Source: an uncultured Methanoregulaceae archaeon (lineage in GTDB: Archaea > Halobacteriota > Methanomicrobia > Methanomicrobiales > Methanospirillaceae). From it: a stretch of 64,000 nt of DNA. The stretch is taken from contig CAVTTL010000001.1 of the NCBI GenBank assembly GCA_963737635.1, positions 1,056,001 to 1,120,000 of the forward strand. The letters are read 5' to 3'. The position numbers and the translations under genes were made by a program. The notes under the pieces were generated by a model, which was not told the origin of the DNA, did no database searches, and worked only from the letters and a program-made list of their open reading frames with translations. Below are positions 1 to 8,517 of this stretch, in pieces (position 1 is the stretch's first letter; the number at the start of each line of letters is the position of its first letter).

Positions 1-47
1 GGTTGTAGAATCATCCTTTGCAACGATGTAATCTCCCGGTGAAACAC

Positions 48-1274
48 TTACGGAATCTCCGGTACTCCTCTGCACAGCGGTTTTGCGAGATGCCTTCGTG
101 CCGTCGGGGGCACCTCATACCATCCGGTACTCAGCGTCCGGGGAATCTCGGTCACTTCTGTCTTTTTCTCGTGCGTCCCGCACTTCCGGCACTTGTAACC
201 CTTATCTTTCCCGTCGCTCGTCATGCGCTTGCCGCAGACAATACACACCGGGGCCCTGGTGCGGAGATCCTGTGCAGCGGCAACCAGGCAGATCTTCTCC
301 AGGTTGATGCTCCCTTTCTTGTAACTCCCGACCGCCACGATCCTGTCGCCCGGCACGAGTGCCCGCACGATTTCCCGGAAATTCTTGGTCGGCTCGTATG
401 CCATGCACCGGACTTCTGAGGATCTATCCTCGATCGAGAACGAGACATGTCCTCCGGGGCCGGTCACCGGGCGGCCGGCGACCGTTCCCGGCACCCGGTA
501 CGAGAGCCCTTCGCGCAGGGACCCCCATGTCCCGGGAAGGAGGTGGGCGTCAGTCCCTTGGTTTGTCACCCAGATCTGTTCGAGCGCCGGTTTTTCCGAT
601 ACAATCAGGGACCGGGCCATCATTACCCAGGAGGGACTCTCGCCCCGGATCCCAAAGAGGACCGGATCCGGTGTATGTGGCACGCAGACCACAACGTGGT
701 TTGCAAGGTCAACGGTATCCCACGTGTGGGGGAACGTCGTCTCCTCTGCAACAAACAGGCTCTTTGGGTCTACGTCACGTGGGGTGCCCCACCGGGCCGG
801 GTCGCGGTATGTAAGGATTTCGTACGTAACGTCGGAAAAGACACTGGAGACTGCCGCCGTCGCGCCGATAAGCCCGCGCCGGTTCTTCCAGCCCCGGTAT
901 CGGGCGCCTGATTTTTCAAGAATATTCACGGCCTCATCGATCTCGCAGAAGTCCGTTACTGCCTTCCGGTAAAAGGCCGGGTCCGGACGTGTCTCCGCTA
1001 CCACGACCCCGGGATTCGTCTTCTCGCAGGAGAAATCGGCAAGCTCCTCCACGATCCCACACGCGAGAGAAAATGCCCGGTCCGGGTCTCCTTCCACATC
1101 CAAGGCGATCGCTGCGTTCCCCCGGGTCTTGAACGTCACATTCGGGTTGAGCCGGACGAGGCGTGCCTCCCGGATCCGCATATGGTTCTTGATCAGTCTC
1201 CGGGCGAGCACCGCGCCAAGATAGGTGGTGCACATCCCTGTCGGGGAGTCCGTATCATCGATGCCGATTAGCAT
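48..1274 (-). CDS. tiaS: tRNA(Ile2) 2-agmatinylcytidine synthetase
   Basis: MLIGIDDTDS..GMCTTY, RLNPNV..KTRGN, OB fold and C-terminal CxxC..CxxC Zn ribbon; start placed at ATG 1274. Confidence 0.95.
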   Translation of the reverse strand: MLIGIDDTDSPTGMCTTYLGAVLARRLIKNHMRIREARLVRLNPNVTFKTRGNAAIALDVEGDPDRAFSLACGIVEELADFSCEKTNPGVVVAETRPDPAFYRKAVTDFCEIDEAVNILEKSGARYRGWKNRRGLIGATAAVSSVFSDVTYEILTYRDPARWGTPRDVDPKSLFVAEETTFPHTWDTVDLANHVVVCVPHTPDPVLFGIRGESPSWVMMARSLIVSEKPALEQIWVTNQGTDAHLLPGTWGSLREGLSYRVPGTVAGRPVTGPGGHVSFSIEDRSSEVRCMAYEPTKNFREIVRALVPGDRIVAVGSYKKGSINLEKICLVAAAQDLRTRAPVCIVCGKRMTSDGKDKGYKCRKCGTHEKKTEVTEIPRTLSTGWYEVPPTARRHLAKPLCRGVPEIP

Positions 1275-1317
1275 GTCTATATTAATATATGGGCACGCTC
1301 CATCCATTTGTAACTGC

Positions 1318-2242
1318 ATGTCTCAGGATCGCCAGCTCCAGCTGGTCACCAGTGTGATGATATCGGCGGGATTCGAAGTATCCGAGAAGTTTACCCTTCG
1401 TCCGAGAAGTTTCGATCTCATCGCACGCAACAACGGGACACTGCTTGTGATCAAAGTCGTGACGCATATCGACTCGGTGAGCGAAGAAGCGGCGTTCGAT
1501 CTTGATGTGATCTCACATCATCTGGGTGGGGTGCCTCTTATTGTTGGTGAACGTGCCCGGGAGGCTGAGCTCGAACGGGGTGCGGTGTACGTTCGGTACG
1601 GCATCTATGCGATCAGCGTCTCGACTCTGTACGATTATTTTGTCGAGAAGATCCCCCCGCTCGTGTACGCGTCTCCCGGCGGTCTGTACGTGAATATCAA
1701 CGGTGACGCCCTGCGGGAGCTCCGTGAGGGGCAGCGTATGTCGCTTGGCGATCTGGGGCAGGTGCTTGGGGTGTCCCGGCGCACGATCAGCAAGTACGAG
1801 GGCGGGATGGGCACGACGCTTGAAGTTGCTATCCGGATCGAGGAGTATTTCAATACTGGTGTGGTCGAGTCCATCGATATTGTCCGCCGCGAACCTGCCG
1901 AATCCGGGCATGAGGAGCCAAAGAGACGACAGGGCCCGGGTATTCCTATCGAATTCTTTGAGCAGGCTCGGGATGCAGCTTCACACGCTCCGGGGCGCAC
2001 CGTTCCAGGCTCTCCTCACGTTCGACAAGCATACCATCCTTACGGGTTACGGCCCGGCGCAGAAAGTGGTCAAACGTGCCGCTCTTATCAGCAACCTCTC
2101 GAAGATCGCAAAGAAGCACGCGATGTGTATTATCACCGACTACCATCACGAAAAGAAGATCGGCCGGACGCTCGTGATCGGTGAGGAACGCCTCCACGAT
2201 ATCGCAGATGGTTTCGAACTCCTCGATATGTTGGGCGACTGA
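1318..2242 (+). CDS. Archaeal HTH transcriptional regulator (COG1395-like), split by a frameshift near 1963
   Basis: FDLIAR..LLVIKV N-terminal domain, Cro-type HTH (SLGDLGQVLGVSRRTISKYE); C-terminus continues in the frame of ORF 1703..2242. Confidence 0.85.
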
Positions 2243-2323
2243 TTTTTTTTAAGTCTAGTATACATTTTCAGATTTGCTGATCTCGCGTGTTCATCATCGC
2301 AGCAGTGCGATAAAAAAAGAAGA

Positions 2324-2929
2324 TTATGCTTTTTTCATGAATTTGGGGGAATTTGCAAGAAATGTTAACGCTTTCTCTTTGTGGACGTATGCGGGGTACC
2401 ATACGGTAAAGACGATAGCGATTACCATAAAGACCCATTTGAGATTGTCCAGAAATACAAGGCCGAGATCAGGTCGTAACACGAGAAAGCCGTCAATTGC
2501 AGCGCCGAGGGTAAAGGCAAGTGCCCATACCGCGGTTATGATATAATTTACCCGCATGAAGAGGGGGCTTTTCGCTCGTTCGGGATCAACCCCCTCTCGT
2601 GAATACTGGAGGGTGAAAGGGAAATGGAAAAGGATGGTAGCCCAGCAGACTACGGCGATTACCAGCATAGAAAGTGCCGCGAGGTATTTTGCGAGATAGT
2701 ACTGATGCAATCCAATGATCGGGATAAAGAACGCGACGAAAAACACGAGCGTTACCACGGCCAGGATATATCCTTTGAGCAGTTGCCGGTAACTGAGAAC
2801 AATAGTGAGCGCAATGGCGACAATAAAAGCAAGGGTCAGACTCATCAGGGGATTTCCAAGCGGAGCTTCAGCAATAAGTGCAAAGGCAATCCACGGAATG
2901 AACGCGGTAAAAAGCGATATCAGGTTCAT
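2324..2929 (-). CDS. Hypothetical integral membrane protein
   Basis: 201-aa ORF, about 6 hydrophobic segments, PFTLQYSRE motif. Confidence 0.75.
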   Translation of the reverse strand: MNLISLFTAFIPWIAFALIAEAPLGNPLMSLTLAFIVAIALTIVLSYRQLLKGYILAVVTLVFFVAFFIPIIGLHQYYLAKYLAALSMLVIAVVCWATILFHFPFTLQYSREGVDPERAKSPLFMRVNYIITAVWALAFTLGAAIDGFLVLRPDLGLVFLDNLKWVFMVIAIVFTVWYPAYVHKEKALTFLANSPKFMKKA

Positions 2930-3030
2930 GCCATACAGATAGAATTCGCGGATGGATAACTCTTTTGAAGTGTTTTTTCCCTTCTATTGGGAAATGAGCA
3001 GATTAAACGATTTTGGGAGAAAGTGTATAG

Positions 3031-3047
3031 CTAATCGTGACAGTGCC
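3031..3047 (-). repeat. Orphan IS6-type terminal inverted repeat remnant
   Basis: Reverse complement reads GGCACTGTCACGATTAG; IS6-family ends such as IS26 begin GGCACTGT; no partner end seen. Confidence 0.45.
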
Positions 3048-3125
3048 TGATTAATAGAGATGATAAAAATGGGATCGGTAGCATTCCTCAGTACGAGATC
3101 AGGATGAAGATCAAACCTTAATTAA

Positions 3126-3812
3126 GCCGGACGTTACTTCAACAACCCTGAAATAACGCCCATCCTTCATGAGTTAGTTACCCTATCCGCATTACCCGTC
3201 GCTGAAATGGAAACGGATTTCGCAATAGATTCCACAGGATTCAGGACAACAACTTTCAGCGAATACTGCGGGATGAAACACGGACAGAAGAAACAGCACA
3301 AATGGATCAAGGCGCATATGGCAACCGGTGTAAAGACCAACATCGTAACCGAAATTGTGATAACTGCCGATAATGTCCATGACACTAAACCATTCAGGAC
3401 ACTTCTGAACGGGACAGCAAAGAACTTCGATATCAAGGAGATATCAGCAGACAAAGCATACTCATCACGCGATAACCTCGCCGCAGTAAAAGAAATCGGC
3501 GCAAATGCTTACATCCCTTTCCTGAAAACTGCTACCGGTAAATCACACGGATCACCGCTTTGGAACAAGATGTACCACTACTTCAAAATGAACCAAGAAG
3601 AGTTCATGGAACACTACCATAAGAGGAGCAACATAGAAGCAACCAACGCGGCGATTAAAAGGAAGTTCGGAGAGACTTTGAAATCAAAGAACTCCGTTGC
3701 TCAGGTAAATGAATTGCTTGCGAAGATCATCGCTTACAATCTAACGGTAGTAATCCACGAGATGTACGAGAATGGAATCTCACCGGACTTCTTACAAATA
3801 AAAAGATCTTAG
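3126..3812 (+). pseudogene. 5'-truncated IS4/IS5-like DDE transposase
   Basis: Frame open from 3126 after in-frame TAA; catalytic motifs FAIDSTGF, SADKAYSS and YHKRSNIEATN; N-terminal region missing. Confidence 0.85.
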
Positions 3813-3818
3813 TAATTT

Positions 3819-4292
3819 TTACTTGTGGTTATATTTCGATAAATTTTCTTTTAATTCCGGATTTCCCCGAATTATAAGATTGTAAAGTGTTGTCCAATAT
3901 TCTAGTTTCACTTCACTTCGACCAAACATATTCATTTTAACAAATTGTGATCCTTTTAAGGAAACATTCGCCATAATTTCTTCGTAAGTTATCGGATCAA
4001 TGTGTATATTTTCTGTAATTCGTTCAATATCTGCAAAATAATCCGATTTTTGCTTTGTCCACTCTCCTGCACCCTCCAACTTCGCAGTGCTCGTAACTTT
4101 AAAAATAGATTTAATAGCCCCATGAGGTTTTGTGTAATAAAATAAAATTAAATCGTTTGGCTCTACGGTTTTACGGACACTCCATCCAGAATGTTTTTTA
4201 GCACTATCCAACTCCTTACGACGATCCTCATGTGCACCGCGTTTATCAATACCAACCGACATGATCCATATCTTTGACATATTTCGCTCCAT
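3819..4292 (-). CDS. EVE (PUA-like) domain protein
   Basis: KIWIMSV..WSVRKTVEPNDLILFYYTKPHGAIKSIFKVTS..DPITYEEI pattern typical of EVE domains; AT-rich. Confidence 0.7.
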   Translation of the reverse strand: MERNMSKIWIMSVGIDKRGAHEDRRKELDSAKKHSGWSVRKTVEPNDLILFYYTKPHGAIKSIFKVTSTAKLEGAGEWTKQKSDYFADIERITENIHIDPITYEEIMANVSLKGSQFVKMNMFGRSEVKLEYWTTLYNLIIRGNPELKENLSKYNHK

Positions 4293-4337
4293 GTGAAATA
4301 TATCGCAATCGTTTTAATAATTGTTCGGATTTTGATC

Positions 4338-4397
4338 TCTGCACCTAAAGTCCGGTGTCTGCACCTAAAGTAGGGTCAAAAAGTGACTTTGGGTGCA
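4338..4397. repeat. Subterminal repeats of element A
   Basis: TCTGCACCTAAAGT at 4338-4351 and 4358-4371 (20-bp period); inverted ACTTTGGGTGCA at 4386-4397 (11/12 match). Confidence 0.85.
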
Positions 4398-4404
4398 AAG
4401 CCCC

Positions 4405-4412
4405 CCTCTAGA
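4405..4412. repeat. 8-bp target site duplication, left copy (CCTCTAGA)
   Basis: Identical to 9643-9650 and directly flanks the inverted repeat. Confidence 0.85.
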
Positions 4413-4473
4413 GGTTCTGGTGCGTCTGCGGTTGATCCACCGCGCTCGCGGTTGGTGGTGCGTGGCGGTTGGT
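4413..4473 (+). repeat. Left terminal inverted repeat and internal TGGTGCGT-N2/3-CGGTTG repeats
   Basis: Motif at 4418-4434 and 4456-4471, with an extra GCGGTTG at 4448-4454. Confidence 0.8.
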
Positions 4474-4486
4474 AGGAACGCAGAGA

Positions 4487-5608
4487 TTAGAAACCATCAA
4501 AGAATTGACTTTTTCTAAATCCGATGACACATCCATCTGGATATGTTCCATAGCGGCTGGTTCGATTGGATACTATTATCCGATTGCTATCTTCTAAAAT
4601 CTTTAAACTTCTTGACCACATTTGAGGGAATGGGGTATGCTCAATACAAAATTCTTTTAATTGGGTTGTTGTTAGGGATCTTCCTATCAAAGATTTGTAA
4701 ATAAATTCTGCCTCATCCTCAAATTTTGAATCCTCACAATAAGATACCAAGAAACTTTGACCGGCATCTGTTATATCGGAAAAACTAAAAGTTCCTCTCG
4801 GATCAACTTTGAGCATTGCTCTTTTCATATACGACAATCCATCAATGTGATTTGAGGCAAAAAATAGATGATAGGAGACATTATTCATTTTGTCAACCAT
4901 TTCAAAGGATTTGACATATTTTGAAGCTGTTTTGAGTTGCATATGGTATAATTCAATTATTTTTGATAGGCGTTCATTGGGGTTTCTAAGTGGTCTAATG
5001 TTTCGCCATTCCGATGTTCCAAACAATCCATCAAATGTTTCCTCTCTTGGATCGTCCTTAGCTTGGATAAAACGATTAATTCCATTATAAGCGAAATTAA
5101 TGAATACCTCACAGCTTCGGAATGCGAGAATTCTTTCGATTATGTAAAATGGCAATCCACTATATCCAAAAGGATCAATAAACGCAAATGTAGGAGCTGA
5201 GCTTTTACTCTCTTTATCGAGAGCCGCCAACAAAGCTTTCATTGCAGTTTCAAAATCCGCATGATATACATCCACCTTAACATTTTTTGGCAAATCTGGG
5301 AATCGCTTTTTTATTGTCCTTTCTAATATTTCCGCCCTTGTTGCGTCTTGTTCAATAAAAATAAAAACAAATTCTGTAGATCCATTGCATAATTCATGCG
5401 AATGCCCTAAAAGACATCTCAGTGCAACTAATGGTGAGCCATCCTCCCCATTTTCATATTTACCGGGACCGGCAAAACCATCGATATAAACAAGTCTTTT
5501 GTTATGAGCTTTTGATAAAATAGGATACCACGCTTTCAGGTATTCTTCTAAAATTCTATGTTTTGCCTCAGTATGTGGTTCTTTTATCCAAACGGCGGAT
5601 TCCGGCAT
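4487..5608 (-). CDS. tcmP: Three-Cys-motif partner (TcmP-family) SAM-binding methyltransferase-like protein
   Basis: PHTEAKHRILEEYLKAW, YIDGFAGPGKY, FAFIDPFGY, YHLFFASNHIDGLSYMKRAM signatures; start placed at ATG 5608. Confidence 0.85.
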   Translation of the reverse strand: MPESAVWIKEPHTEAKHRILEEYLKAWYPILSKAHNKRLVYIDGFAGPGKYENGEDGSPLVALRCLLGHSHELCNGSTEFVFIFIEQDATRAEILERTIKKRFPDLPKNVKVDVYHADFETAMKALLAALDKESKSSAPTFAFIDPFGYSGLPFYIIERILAFRSCEVFINFAYNGINRFIQAKDDPREETFDGLFGTSEWRNIRPLRNPNERLSKIIELYHMQLKTASKYVKSFEMVDKMNNVSYHLFFASNHIDGLSYMKRAMLKVDPRGTFSFSDITDAGQSFLVSYCEDSKFEDEAEFIYKSLIGRSLTTTQLKEFCIEHTPFPQMWSRSLKILEDSNRIIVSNRTSRYGTYPDGCVIGFRKSQFFDGF

Positions 5609-5624
5609 TATTATTTTATAAATT

Positions 5625-6413
5625 TCAATAGGATAATAAGTCTTTCTTGATGTAATGCGACTTTCCATATTTTTTTAACTTTGCCGTAACTTTAATCCTA
5701 AAATCTCGCCAATCAATGGTTTTTGCTTGGGCGTTATAATTTAATTTTCCCACTTTGTAAAAATCTACAAAATCTTTTGTTAAGTCGATCAATTTGAGAG
5801 TTTGCTCAGGTATCCAAACGGGTTCCAGTGATACATATGTCGGGATACCCATATCATGCGCTTTTTTCAAAGCCTCAATCCTTTCATTTGTTGGTGCTGC
5901 TCCACCCTCAATTTCCTTTCTGTATTCTTCATCTGTAAAAACTAACGTAGCACCATATTCACTTAATTCGGGGCTTTTCGACAGTAAATCAAAATCCCTT
6001 TCTGATCGTTTTCCGCCTTTGGTCAATATTGAAACTTTTAATTTATGTTGGTGTAATATCTGGATCGCTTGCCTACTGAGTTGTTGCTTAACATCCAGTG
6101 GTTGATATGGGTCTGTGGTGAAAGATAACAAAATCGTACGTTTTTCGCCAATGCTCTCTAAATAAGCAGCATCATCATAGAATTTATTAATAACTCCCGT
6201 TCTGGGAGTTGGTTTGTAAAAATTCTCTTTTGTCATATACAGGGTTGCAGGGGCGTAACAATACGAGCAACGGTGACTGCACCCCCGGTAAAGGTTTGCT
6301 GCTAATTCACAATATTCACGCGCTTTCCCTCGCGGTTCGTATATTATTGATGTTTTTAGCCGGTTTTCTTCTTTCGAAACCAACTGGCAGCTTTGCATTT
6401 TTATTCTCACCAA
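5625..6413 (-). CDS. Radical SAM protein (spore photoproduct lyase-like)
   Basis: NLYRGCSHRCSYCYAP (CxxxCxxC), SFTTDPYQP, ILTKG, YVSLEP; exact start uncertain (6398-6413). Confidence 0.9.
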   Translation of the reverse strand: MVRIKMQSCQLVSKEENRLKTSIIYEPRGKAREYCELAANLYRGCSHRCSYCYAPATLYMTKENFYKPTPRTGVINKFYDDAAYLESIGEKRTILLSFTTDPYQPLDVKQQLSRQAIQILHQHKLKVSILTKGGKRSERDFDLLSKSPELSEYGATLVFTDEEYRKEIEGGAAPTNERIEALKKAHDMGIPTYVSLEPVWIPEQTLKLIDLTKDFVDFYKVGKLNYNAQAKTIDWRDFRIKVTAKLKKYGKSHYIKKDLLSY

Positions 6414-6479
6414 TTAAAAAATCTATATGGATATGATACTATATTGATCTTCCGGTGCATGGGGTGAAAGTGTAAAAAG

Positions 6480-6704
6480 TCACTCGGTTTTAAGAGTGTT
6501 GTTTTTCGTTTCTTTTTCCTTTCGTGTTGTCCAAGCTTTCTTTGCGATTTCACTTCTTCTTTGTTGTTTTGTTTCTATCCATAACTTGATTGCTTCATGC
6601 AATGCGATTGAAAGGTTTCCCCGTTTCATTCCCAACTCTTTAGCAACCTCCGTTCTGAATTCATTTTCAAGGTCATCTGGAAGAATAACGTCAATTCTGC
6701 CCAT
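6480..6704 (-). CDS. Ribbon-helix-helix (CopG-like) regulator
   Basis: MGRIDVILPDDLENEFR..KRGNLSIALHEAIKLWI; basic tail RRSEIAKKAWTTRK. Confidence 0.8.
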   Translation of the reverse strand: MGRIDVILPDDLENEFRTEVAKELGMKRGNLSIALHEAIKLWIETKQQRRSEIAKKAWTTRKEKETKNNTLKTE

Positions 6705-6736
6705 AGGTTTTCACAAATAGTATAATGTCTCTCTCC

Positions 6737-6806
6737 GTTTATACACTTTTCCCCTTAACCACAATGGATAAATACTTTAACCACATATGTGGTTATGTGT
6801 ATAAAC
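6737..6806. promoter_or_regulatory. Divergent promoter/operator between RHH and transposase genes
   Basis: Perfect 18-bp palindrome TAACCACATATGTGGTTA (6778-6795), half-site TTAACCACA (6755-6763), outer inverted pair GTTTATACAC / GTGTATAAAC. Confidence 0.7.
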
Positions 6807-6830
6807 CCGTCTGTGTGTTTAACCAATGAG

Positions 6831-8024
6831 ATGATGAAAATGATACGGCAACTTACCAACCCACGAGAATTAAAAGCACTGGCAATGCTCAGCGAACCCG
6901 ATACCGTACTCCAGACTGGCAAAGACGAGTGGGATGTTAGATCGCAGTCGAAAAACGCGTATTATCAGGTTGCCCGAAGTTACAAAGATCGGAATGCTCG
7001 TATGCGAGGACAGGCAACATGGACATGTTCATGTCCTGATTTCCAGACTCGCAACGTCATATGCAAACATCAGCACGCCGTGATGCTTTCCTTAAAGATT
7101 GCCGGTGATGTTCAAGAACAGAGTGCTCCAGCCGCCATTGCTGAGGCAGAACCAAAGATTACCTGCCCTTCATGCAAGAGCGAAAATATTAAGAAATGGG
7201 GAATCCGGAAGACCCGATATGGCACTACTCAGCGGTACGCGTGCCACGAATGCAATCATACTTTTGTCGTTGACAAGGGGTTTTGCCGGATGAAACATTC
7301 CCCTGAATCAATCACACTTACCCTGGATCTCTACTTCAAAGGATTGTCGGATCGGAAGATTGTGGATCACCTTAAACAATTCCACAATGTTACCGTCGTT
7401 CACACTACAGTTATTCGATGGATTCACAAATACCTGAAACTCCTGTCAACCTACGCTGAGAAGTATAAAGTCGATGCCGGGAATATCTGGCATTGCGATG
7501 AAACAACCGTTTTTATCAAGAAAGAAGGTGAAAAGAAGCACTATCAGTGGATATGGAATTTGATGGACGCAAAGACCCGCTATCTTCTGGCATGTCAGGT
7601 TACTGAGCACCGGTTCGTAAAGGATGCCCGAAAGCCCCTGAGCAAGGCAAAAGCGATGGCAAAGAATATACCGGATGCGATTGTGACGGATGGCCTACAA
7701 GCATACCGAGATGCAATTAAGGCTGAGTACTATGGGCTAGGGCGCATCCAGAACCCACACATCAGACTGAAGGACTTTGAAACCAAGCCGAACAACAACA
7801 TTCTCGAACGGTTAAACGGCACGTTCCGAGAGCGCACAAAGGTAATGCGGAGCCTTGATAGCGCAATCGGTGCCGGAGAGTTTGCCGCTGGTATGCAGAC
7901 GTATTACAACTATATCCGACCTCACATGGGGATCGACGGAATGACGCCGGCACAGATGGCAAATATCCCGATTAATCTGATGGGGAACCGATGGGAAACT
8001 ATGATTGGGCTGGCGGTAAAATAG
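6831..8024 (+). CDS. IS6/IS240-like DDE transposase with N-terminal SWIM finger and Zn ribbon
   Basis: SWIM WTCSCPDF..CKH; CPSC..QRYACHEC; HTH; DDE triad WHCDET / IVTDG / NNILERLNGTFRER; frame intact. Confidence 0.92.
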   Translation: MMKMIRQLTNPRELKALAMLSEPDTVLQTGKDEWDVRSQSKNAYYQVARSYKDRNARMRGQATWTCSCPDFQTRNVICKHQHAVMLSLKIAGDVQEQSAPAAIAEAEPKITCPSCKSENIKKWGIRKTRYGTTQRYACHECNHTFVVDKGFCRMKHSPESITLTLDLYFKGLSDRKIVDHLKQFHNVTVVHTTVIRWIHKYLKLLSTYAEKYKVDAGNIWHCDETTVFIKKEGEKKHYQWIWNLMDAKTRYLLACQVTEHRFVKDARKPLSKAKAMAKNIPDAIVTDGLQAYRDAIKAEYYGLGRIQNPHIRLKDFETKPNNNILERLNGTFRERTKVMRSLDSAIGAGEFAAGMQTYYNYIRPHMGIDGMTPAQMANIPINLMGNRWETMIGLAVK

Positions 8025-8031
8025 AATATTA

Positions 8032-8517
8032 TCAATCTGTTTTTTGTTGGGATTTGAGTTTGTCCTTCACATATGCAAGTTCAATTAAATCGAGCATATC
8101 TCCCCGATCAGAGCTCAAAATAGGGAACGTTGAATATACTAACTGAATGAAGCGGTTCCAATCATATTGCTTTGTACTGTTAATCACAAAATCCAACATA
8201 TTTTTTTCGTCTATCGGTATATTAATTGGATAGTTTTCGTTGGACAGTTTAATCAGTGTTTTTTTATGACCAAAAGAATTTTGAGTGTTTTCGATTTCGA
8301 AAATGGATGGGTTATCTTTTGCACAATTATAAATATCCCATACAAACGGCCCAAAATTATTAAATTCCCATTGGATACCAGTGATTTGTTTTTTATTTTT
8401 TAGGGCAAATTTCCAATCGGCAAGATACACAAGTTTTGTTAGACGCGCATTGGACAATTCAGATTTGTGGGGGTAATTTTTAAGAAGATAAACCAATACA
8501 TCAACCAATTTGCTCAT
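8032..8517 (-). CDS. Panacea/SocA (DUF4065) antitoxin-domain protein
   Basis: RLTKLVYLADWKF..ITGIQWEFNNFGPFVWDIY..FIQLVYST signature. Confidence 0.85.
   Translation of the reverse strand: MSKLVDVLVYLLKNYPHKSELSNARLTKLVYLADWKFALKNKKQITGIQWEFNNFGPFVWDIYNCAKDNPSIFEIENTQNSFGHKKTLIKLSNENYPINIPIDEKNMLDFVINSTKQYDWNRFIQLVYSTFPILSSDRGDMLDLIELAYVKDKLKSQQKTD

Larger units (their letters stand above)
3126..4404. mobile_element. Remnant of cargo-carrying DDE element A (transposase + EVE gene + repeat-rich right end)
   Basis: Transposase, convergent AT-rich passenger, then repeated TGCACCTAAAGT motifs ending at a C-run next to CCTCTAGA. Confidence 0.6.

Noticed and set aside
4338-4473. Short repeats considered as a mini-CRISPR or iteron array
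   Set aside because: Units are 12-17 bp with 6-20 bp gaps and mixed orientation, with no cas or rep gene; transposon ends explain them better
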